Source: a virus (Duplodnaviria > Heunggongvirae > Uroviricota > Caudoviricetes). From it: a DNA stretch of 4,033 nt. A program made the translations under genes and the position numbers. Shown piece by piece: positions 1 to 4,033 of this stretch. The first letter of the stretch is position 1, and every line of letters begins with the position of its first letter. The notes under the pieces are model-generated. The model searched no databases. It was not told where the DNA came from and saw nothing but the letters and a program-made list of their open reading frames with translations. Where the stretch lies: IMG/VR virus record IMGVR_UViG_2695420699_000010, one strand, 5' to 3'.

Positions 1-168
1 CATGACAAAGTCATCGGGCATTATCTGAACATAAAACACTATCAATAAGTTGGAGTCATTACCGAGGCTATCTGCCTCAGGCATGAACACCAAAAGGCAG
101 ATAGAGAAAAGCCCCAGTTAACATTACGCGTCCTGCAAGACGCTTAACATTAATCTGAGGCCCAATCT

Positions 169-381
169 ATGTCTCACAAATGTAGGTTAGCCTCTTACGT
201 GCCGAAAGGCAAGGAGAAGCAGGCTATGAAGCAGCAAAAGGCGATGTTAATCGCCCTGATCGTCATCTGTTTAACCGTTATAGTGACGGCACTGGTAACG
301 AGGAAAGACCTCTGCGAGGTACGAATCCGAACCGGCCAGACGGAGGTCGCTGTCTTCACAGCTTACGAACCTGAGGAGTAA
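169..381 (+). CDS. mok-like in-frame N-terminal extension of the hok reading frame (70 codons); possible regulatory/coupling ORF
   Basis: ATG at 169 preceded by GAGG (157-160) with 8-nt spacing; same frame and same stop as the hok ORF. This mirrors the Mok/Hok arrangement as I recall it for chromosomal hok loci. Whether it is translated is not determinable from sequence. Confidence 0.4.
   Translation: MSHKCRLASYVPKGKEKQAMKQQKAMLIALIVICLTVIVTALVTRKDLCEVRIRTGQTEVAVFTAYEPEE
226..381 (+). CDS. hokD: Hok/Gef family type I toxin (small membrane-active peptide, 51 aa), HokD/RelF-like
   Basis: ATG 226 with AAGGAG (212-217) 8 nt upstream; TAA stop 379-381. Product MKQQKAMLIALIVICLTVIVTALVTRKDLCEVRIRTGQTEVAVFTAYEPEE has the Hok signature: hydrophobic N-terminal helix followed by the conserved TRKxLCEV.R...EVAxF.AYE core. 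Symbol assigned from recalled similarity to E. coli HokD/RelF, not from a search. Confidence 0.85.
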   Translation: MKQQKAMLIALIVICLTVIVTALVTRKDLCEVRIRTGQTEVAVFTAYEPEE

Positions 382-388
382 GAGACCA

Positions 389-410
389 GGCGAGGGAGAA
401 ATCCCTCGCC
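389..410 (+). other. Perfect 9-bp stem with GAAA tetraloop immediately 3' of the hok stop (RNA stability or fold-back element candidate)
   Basis: GGCGAGGGA (389-397) / GAAA loop (398-401) / TCCCTCGCC (402-410), exact reverse complement. No U-tract follows, so it is not itself a classical terminator. Confidence 0.45.
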
Positions 411-449
411 ACCTCTCATGTGTCAGGCATCCTCAACGCACCCGCACTT

Positions 450-476
450 AACCCGTTTCGGCGGGGTTTGTTTTTT
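450..476 (+). terminator. Intrinsic terminator closing the hok transcription unit
   Basis: Stem AACCCG (450-455) pairing with CGGGTT (462-468, one G-U pair), followed by a T-rich tract TGTTTTTT (469-476). Lies about 70-95 nt past the hok stop. Confidence 0.55.
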
Positions 477-548
477 CCTGGCATTCTGGTTTACAATTCG
501 CACGCCAGCCTGAACAACTGGCACCTGCTGCGCCAGCAGAGACAGCCG

Positions 549-827
549 ATGGCGCACGATACCAAATTACACAATTCTGATGATTCTGCCGTCTTTGCCA
601 GCAGGCGCGGACGGTGTTTTCACGCATTCAAATCTGACTGGTACCAGCATCCCCCATGCACTGAAGAACAGGCCGAATGGCTCATTCAGTGTTACCGCAG
701 GCGCGGATGCGAGGTTAAAAAAGCCCTTAGCCTCGACTACCGTCACTGGATAATCTCCGTCAGGCCCCCTTACTCCGAACGGCCACCGCGTCCGTCCCGC
801 ACATTCCAGCAACGGATCTGGAGGTAA
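549..827 (+). CDS. Small prophage protein of unknown function (Rem-like by position), 92 aa
   Basis: Six-frame ORF 420-827. ATG 549 is preferred as start because the GTG-420 extension would span the terminator at 450-476. Stop TAA 825-827 overlaps the next gene's start. Gene order hok, small ORF, DUF968 recalls hokD-rem-ydfU in E. coli Qin prophage, but this is from memory. Arg/Pro-rich composition and no clear SD lower confidence. Confidence 0.5.
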   Translation: MAHDTKLHNSDDSAVFASRRGRCFHAFKSDWYQHPPCTEEQAEWLIQCYRRRGCEVKKALSLDYRHWIISVRPPYSERPPRPSRTFQQRIWR

Positions 828-828
828 T

Positions 829-1878
829 GTGCGGGTATTACTTCGACCTGTTCTGGTGCCGGAACTCGGTCTGGTTATCGTTAAGCCAGGCCGTGAATCA
901 ATGTCAGCATTCCATAACGGCAGAATACTGGTGGAGCCGGAACCAAAAAGCATGCGCGGCCTGCCATCCGGAACCGTTCCTGCCGTTCGCCAGCCGCTGG
1001 CGGAAGACAAATCTCTGCTGCCATTTTTCAGCGACGAGCGGGTAATTCGTGCCGCTGGCGGTGCCGGTGCACTGTCTGACTGGTTATTGCGTCACGTTAA
1101 ATCCTGCCAGTGGCCTCATGGTGACTATCATCACAGTGAAATCGTCATACATCGTTACGGCACCGGCGCGATAGTGTTGTGCTGGCACTGTGACAACCAG
1201 CTGCGCGACCAGACATCAGAATCACTCGATCAACTTGCTCAGCAGAATCTGGTTGCCTGGATGATTGACGTCATCCGTCACGCAATAAGCGGTACGCAGG
1301 AGAGGGAGTTATCGCTGGCCGAATTATCCTGGTGGGCGGCCTGCAATCAGGTGGTGGATGCACTACCTGAGGCAGTAGCGCGTCGTTCGCTGGGATTACC
1401 AGCGGAAAAAATCCGCTCCGTATACCGTGAGAGTGACATCGTACCGGGAGAACAGACAGCCATCAGCATACTGAAGCAGCGCACAAAAAATATTGCGCTG
1501 CCACTTCACGTCCACCAGCAACAAAATCCATCACAGAAAAAAACGGTTGTCAGTATCGCCGTTGATCCGGAGTCTCCTGAATCGTTCATGAGGCGGCCTA
1601 AACGTCGCCGTTGGGTTAATGAGAAATACACGCGCTGGGTAAAGACACAGCCGTGTGCGTGTTGTGGTAAGCCAGCTGACGATCCGCATCACCTGATTGG
1701 TCATGGTCAGGGGGGGATGGGAACAAAGGCCCACGATATTTTCACGCTACCGTTGTGCCGGGAACATCACAACGAACTTCATGCTGACCCGCTGGAGTTT
1801 GAGAAAAAGTACGGCTCTCAGGTTGAGTTAATTTTTCGTTTTCTTGAGCACGCCTTTGCAACTGGCGTGCTCGGGTAA
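829..1878 (+). CDS. DUF968-like prophage protein (YdfU-like) with C-terminal Cys/His HNH-like zinc-binding motif, 349 aa
   Basis: Long uninterrupted ORF. GTG 829 with GGAGG (820-824) 4 nt upstream and overlapping the upstream stop (TAATGTG); alternative start ATG 901 (MSAFHNGR...). C-terminus QPCACCGKPADDPHHLIGHG...LPLCREHHNELH (nt ~1651-1790) is a CxCC...HH...C..HH pattern. Position between replication genes and rusA/Q is typical of nin-region genes in lambdoid phages. Confidence 0.85.
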   Translation: MRVLLRPVLVPELGLVIVKPGRESMSAFHNGRILVEPEPKSMRGLPSGTVPAVRQPLAEDKSLLPFFSDERVIRAAGGAGALSDWLLRHVKSCQWPHGDYHHSEIVIHRYGTGAIVLCWHCDNQLRDQTSESLDQLAQQNLVAWMIDVIRHAISGTQERELSLAELSWWAACNQVVDALPEAVARRSLGLPAEKIRSVYRESDIVPGEQTAISILKQRTKNIALPLHVHQQQNPSQKKTVVSIAVDPESPESFMRRPKRRRWVNEKYTRWVKTQPCACCGKPADDPHHLIGHGQGGMGTKAHDIFTLPLCREHHNELHADPLEFEKKYGSQVELIFRFLEHAFATGVLG

Positions 1879-1890
1879 AAGAGGTGACTG

Positions 1891-2250
1891 ATGCTCATAG
1901 ATTTGGTTTTACCTTACCCGCCGACGGTGAACACTTACTGGCGACGCCGTGGCAGCACATATTTTGTATCAAAAGCCGGGGAGCGTTATCGCCGGGCAGT
2001 GGCGCTTATTGTTCGCCAGCAGCGACTGAAATTAAGCCTGTCCGGACGGCTGGCAATAAAAATTATTGCAGAGCAACCGGATAAGCGCCGCCGTGACCTG
2101 AACAATATTCTGAAAGCACCGCTGGATGCGCTGACGCACGCGGGGTTGTTAATGGACGATGAGCAGTTTGATGAAATCAATATTGTACGTGGCAAGCCAG
2201 TATCTGGTGGACGGCTGGAGATAAAAATTACAGAGGTGGGGTGTGCATGA
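1891..2250 (+). CDS. rusA: Crossover junction endodeoxyribonuclease RusA (Holliday junction resolvase), 119 aa
   Basis: ATG 1891 with AAGAGG (1878-1883) upstream. Product carries the RusA hallmarks: N-terminal LPYPPTVNTYW, central PDKRRRDLNNILKAPLDALTHAGLLMDDEQ (catalytic Asp cluster), and C-terminal GGRLEIKITE. These parallel E. coli RusA (...[30 protein letters not shown]...GGRLELTITE) as recalled. Confidence 0.93.
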   Translation: MLIDLVLPYPPTVNTYWRRRGSTYFVSKAGERYRRAVALIVRQQRLKLSLSGRLAIKIIAEQPDKRRRDLNNILKAPLDALTHAGLLMDDEQFDEINIVRGKPVSGGRLEIKITEVGCA

Positions 2251-2936
2251 ATAACCAGTATTTACAGTTTGTTCGTGAGCAACTCATGATTGCCACTGCG
2301 GATCTCAGTGGGGCGACAAAAGGTCAACTGGAAGCCTGGCAGGAAAATGCCCTGTTCGATACAGGGCGTTACAGACGCAAAAAAATTCGTTACCGCGATG
2401 AGGTAACCGGAAAAATGATCACGCGGGATAATCCCCCAATCCCGGGTAAACAATCACTGGCGAAAGGCTCATCAATTGCCCTGGTCAGTCCTGTTGAGTT
2501 TGCAACATCATCGTGGCGGCGTACCCTTCTGGAACTGGAAGAACATCAGAAGGCGTGGTTGTTGTGGTGTTATGGCGGAAACATTTGCTGGGAGCATCAG
2601 ATCGCGATAATGCAGTGGGTGTGGAATGAATTTAAAACTCAGTCTGGTACCAGAAAAATTGCAGTGAAAACGCTGGAGCGTGTGAAGAAGTTGATCTGGC
2701 TGGCGGCACAGGATGTCAGAGGATGGGTTACCGGGTGTGAGGTCTACCAGAGACAGGAGCTTGCCAGACTGTGTGGAGTTAAGCCTGATAACTGGAGCCA
2801 TAATTATGCGAACTACTGGCGTGAGATGTGCGATATTTTTAAGCGCCTCGATAGAGAATCCTTGATTTGCTCCGTGAAAATAAGAGCGCAACAAAAAGCG
2901 ACCTTTTCACGACGAGATATTGCAAAAGTCAATTAA
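2247..2936 (+). CDS. Putative late-gene antitermination protein Q (lambdoid Q-type), 229 aa
   Basis: ORF immediately after rusA; ATG 2247 overlaps the rusA stop (ATGA), with GAGGTG (2234-2239) upstream; alternative GTG 2241. Followed within 90 bp by a promoter-like element and a strong intrinsic terminator, the canonical Q / pR' / tR' layout. Assignment is mainly by synteny and size; I could not confirm the Q family by motif. Confidence 0.72.
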   Translation: MNNQYLQFVREQLMIATADLSGATKGQLEAWQENALFDTGRYRRKKIRYRDEVTGKMITRDNPPIPGKQSLAKGSSIALVSPVEFATSSWRRTLLELEEHQKAWLLWCYGGNICWEHQIAIMQWVWNEFKTQSGTRKIAVKTLERVKKLIWLAAQDVRGWVTGCEVYQRQELARLCGVKPDNWSHNYANYWREMCDIFKRLDRESLICSVKIRAQQKATFSRRDIAKVN

Positions 2937-2948
2937 ATCGCGTATGTT
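2920..2948 (+). promoter_or_regulatory. Candidate late promoter (pR'-like) overlapping the 3' end of the Q gene
   Basis: TTGCAA (2920-2925), 17-bp spacer, TATGTT (2943-2948); predicted start near 2955. A second -10-like TATAAA sits at 2952-2957. Sequence-only prediction. Confidence 0.3.
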
Positions 2949-2997
2949 TCGTATAAATCTGATATTTTGCCTATTTTGTACGCGATGGCAAAGTAAG

Positions 2998-3025
2998 AAA
3001 AAAACTGCCGCCAGGCGGTTTTTTT
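2998..3025 (+). terminator. Strong intrinsic terminator (tR'-like) downstream of Q
   Basis: A7 (2998-3004), stem CCGC (3008-3011) / loop CAG / GCGG (3015-3018) with flanking G-T closure, then T7 (3019-3025). The A-run/T-run symmetry makes it potentially bidirectional. Confidence 0.7.
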
Positions 3026-3071
3026 ATGTCCGAAAATCGCGTCAGTACAGTAAACGCGCTGGCGGCGGTGA

Positions 3072-3366
3072 ATACCGGTCTTTCAGCTTGCTGGCTTTTT
3101 CGACAAGAGTTATTGGTGTGTCACGTTAACCGGAAAAAGGAAAGTTTGAGAAACGCGATCTGGCACAGGCGGTTATTAATGCTGCCTACCTGGTGGCCTG
3201 TGCAGATGGTGAATGTGAGGCTTCCTAGAAATCGAAGATCGAACAGGTACTGCGTAATCAGCCTGCGCTGTCCGCGTTTACGTCAGAAATAATTGAGCCG
3301 GAAGAGCGCAAGGTGCTGGAAGAGATTGCCGGTGTTCTGGGTCTTCGTCTGGAGAATCACCTGTGA
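3072..3366 (+). pseudogene. Decayed TerB-like (tellurite-resistance TerB domain) gene: frameshifted, with an in-frame amber stop
   Basis: One frame gives ...AGFFDKS... (3072-3149). The next frame gives GKFEKRDLAQAVINAAYLVACADGECEAS, then TAG (3226-3228), then KSKIEQVLRNQPALSAFTSEIIEPEERKVLEEIAGVLGLRLENHL, stop 3364-3366. The FFDK start, the hydrophobic-A-x-ADG-x-x-x-x-E core and the C-terminal acidic-E..IA..LG pattern resemble TerB as I recall it. No single intact frame exists. Confidence 0.4.
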
Positions 3367-3494
3367 CGGTAAAACTGCGCCTGACTGTGGCTGCACTCCT
3401 GCTGTTTCTGGTGGTGATGGTGGATTTCACCAGCAGAATCATGTCGGTGCTGGCGGATGGGGTGCTGGTCTGCGGCATTGTGGTATTGCTGTAG
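3363..3494 (+). CDS. Hypothetical 43-aa hydrophobic (membrane) peptide, GTG start overlapping the upstream stop
   Basis: GTG 3363 overlaps TGA 3364-3366 (GTGA); GGAG (3351-3354) 8 nt upstream; stop TAG 3492-3494. Product VTVKLRLTVAALLLFLVVMVDFTSRIMSVLADGVLVCGIVVLL is almost entirely hydrophobic, consistent with one or two transmembrane helices. It is absent from the supplied ORF track, most likely because of its short length. Confidence 0.35.
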   Translation: MTVKLRLTVAALLLFLVVMVDFTSRIMSVLADGVLVCGIVVLL

Positions 3495-3711
3495 CCGGTG
3501 ATAAAAAGAAACAGCCTGCATAATGCTTGATTTTTTTATTTGCTGTTTATTAAAAACACTTCTGCATGGTGAATCCCCCTGTGCGGAGGGGCGACTGGTG
3601 TAGGTAGCATTTATTATGTTATAGGCAAGCCGACGCGGGTTCAGTGACACCGGCTGAATTCACCGGGAGGCACCCGGCACCATGCAAGAAAAAGAATGTG
3701 CATGCAAACAT

Positions 3712-3736
3712 GCCCCTCTCCGGAGGGGCTTTTTTT
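3712..3736 (+). terminator. Intrinsic terminator (+ strand)
   Basis: GCCCCTC (3712-3718) / loop TCCG / GAGGGGC (3723-3729), a perfect 7-bp GC-rich stem, followed by T7 (3730-3736). Confidence 0.65.
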
Positions 3737-3742
3737 ATGGGT

Positions 3743-3768
3743 AAAAAATGCCCGAATGGGTTCGGGCA
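3743..3768 (-). terminator. Intrinsic terminator (minus strand), convergent with the + terminator at 3712-3736
   Basis: On the + strand: A6 (3743-3748) then a perfect 8-bp stem TGCCCGAA (3749-3756) / loop TGGG / TTCGGGCA (3761-3768). On the minus strand this reads hairpin followed by UUUUUU. Confidence 0.5.
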
Positions 3769-3803
3769 ATAGCATGAGATACTGATATTGTTGTGTTGTT
3801 ATC
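3743..3803 (-). ncRNA. Candidate small RNA (~60 nt) on the minus strand, antisense to the late-region leader
   Basis: Minus-strand promoter-like element: -35 TTGCGC (+ coordinates 3834-3839), 18-bp spacer, -10 TAAAAT (+ 3810-3815). Predicted transcript AUAACAACACAACAAUAUCAGUAUCUCAUGCU is A/C-rich and unstructured, then ends at the minus-strand terminator hairpin plus U6 (3743-3768). Purely predicted. Confidence 0.25.
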
Positions 3804-3829
3804 GTGTGGATTTTAACCAGGGTTTATCA

Positions 3830-3856
3830 GGCTGCGCAACTGCGTGGCCTTTTTTC
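3830..3856 (+). terminator. Possible intrinsic terminator (+ strand)
   Basis: Stem GGCTGCGC (3830-3837) / loop AACT / GCGTGGCC (3842-3849), 8 bp including two G-U pairs, followed by TTTTTT (3850-3855). Overlaps the proposed minus-strand -35. Confidence 0.45.
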
Positions 3857-3864
3857 ATTTCTTG

Positions 3865-3907
3865 GGCTGTAGTCCCCGAGTGTCATTCAGGCTTCCGGAC
3901 TACAGCC
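3865..3907. repeat. Perfect 11-bp inverted repeat with 21-nt spacer in the leader of the downstream late gene
   Basis: GGCTGTAGTCC (3865-3875) and GGACTACAGCC (3897-3907) are exact reverse complements. No U-tract on either side, so it is not a terminator; candidate protein-binding site or RNA processing/translation-control stem. Confidence 0.6.
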
Positions 3908-3955
3908 AGCCCACTCCATATCTGATTTAATACACTATCCCGGCCGGGAGGAATA

Positions 3956-4033
3956 ATGACATTTAAACATTATGATGTTGTCAGGGCGGCGTCGCCGTCA
4001 GACCTTGCGGAAAAGCTGACACACAAACTGAAA
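3956..4033 (+). CDS. 5' end of a late-region gene (small conserved phage protein, possibly DUF1737-like); truncated by the window edge
   Basis: ATG 3956 with GGGAGG (3946-3951) 4 nt upstream; open to the end of the window. Product begins MTFKHYDVVRAASPSDLAEKLTHKLK. The family assignment is a recollection, not a search result. Confidence 0.55.
   Translation, partial: MTFKHYDVVRAASPSDLAEKLTHKLK

Noticed and set aside
1-48. Possible 3' end of an upstream + strand ORF (...HDKVIGHYLNIKHYQ, stop at 46-48)
   Set aside because: Only 15 codons are visible, with no recognisable motif; it cannot be supported from this window. It does not match the RelE C-terminus as I recall it.
567-1010. Minus-strand ORF of 147 aa
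   Set aside because: Entirely antisense to the Rem-like and DUF968 genes; Arg/Pro/Gly-rich low-complexity product typical of a shadow frame in GC-rich coding sequence.
827-1045. Plus-strand ORF of 72 aa starting at ATG 827
   Set aside because: Out-of-frame overlap with the 349-aa DUF968 ORF; Cys/Trp-rich improbable product. The ATG is better explained as part of the TAATGTG overlap.
1531-1734. Minus-strand ORF of 67 aa
   Set aside because: Antisense shadow ORF inside the DUF968 gene; no start context.
1884-2195. Plus-strand ORF 1884-2084 (66 aa) and minus-strand ORF 1986-2195 (69 aa)
   Set aside because: Both overlap rusA in alternative frames or on the opposite strand; the RusA frame has clear family motifs and these do not.
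2262-2894. Minus-strand ORFs 2262-2453 (63 aa) and 2508-2894 (128 aa)
   Set aside because: Antisense to the putative Q gene, with no ribosome-binding sites; interpreted as shadow ORFs.
2920-3129. Plus-strand ORF of 69 aa spanning the promoter/terminator region
   Set aside because: It would have to be translated through the A7-hairpin-T7 terminator; Arg/Lys-rich product with no SD. It is the wrong frame of the region.
3026-3292. Plus-strand ORF of 88 aa (MSENRVSTV...) as an intact gene
   Set aside because: Beyond the first ~20 residues the product is Arg/Trp-rich and non-protein-like. The TerB-like signal lies in the other two frames, so this ORF is best seen as the N-terminal fragment plus out-of-frame tail of a frameshifted gene.
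3495-3540. T-rich tract (GATTTTTTTATTTGCTG) as a terminator after the micro-ORF
   Set aside because: I could not find a convincing upstream stem (at most 3-4 bp); the T-run alone is insufficient.
3278-3650. Minus-strand ORFs 3278-3478 (66 aa) and 3357-3650 (97 aa), and plus-strand ORF 3293-3523 (76 aa)
   Set aside because: Low-complexity products (His/Gln-rich or Gly-rich), no SD, overlapping the better-supported TerB-like frame and the hydrophobic micro-ORF.
3682-3774. Tiny ORFs of 20 and 11 codons (MQEKECACKHAPLRRGFFYG and MGKKCPNGFGQ)
   Set aside because: They span or abut terminator hairpins with poor SD spacing; more likely incidental ATGs in a structured non-coding region.
3500-3955. 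tRNA gene, as found downstream of Q in Stx phages
   Set aside because: No cloverleaf-compatible segment with a GTTCGAATC-type T-loop was found; GGTTCGGGC at 3759-3767 is part of a simple hairpin with its upstream complement.
1-4033. CRISPR array or insertion-sequence terminal inverted repeats
   Set aside because: No regularly spaced direct repeats and no transposase ORF; the inverted repeats present are short local hairpins.

Overview
This window reads as the replication/recombination-to-late-control segment of a lambdoid prophage from an enterobacterium, all genes on the + strand. In order: a hok/mok-type type I toxin locus with its own terminator (169-476); a small Rem-like ORF (549-827); a 349-aa DUF968-like protein with a C-terminal Cys/His motif (829-1878); a RusA Holliday-junction resolvase (1891-2250); a putative Q-type late antiterminator (2247-2936); a candidate late promoter and a strong intrinsic terminator (2920-3025); a decayed TerB-like reading frame coupled to a 43-codon hydrophobic ORF (3072-3494); a hairpin-dense ~450-bp non-coding stretch with convergent terminators and a possible minus-strand small RNA (3500-3955); and the 5' end of a late-region gene (3956-4033). 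No tRNA, rRNA, CRISPR array or insertion-sequence ends were recognised. All calls rest on reading the sequence and on family resemblance recalled from memory; no database search was run. The items most worth follow-up are the hydrophobic micro-ORF, the candidate antisense small RNA and the hok locus.
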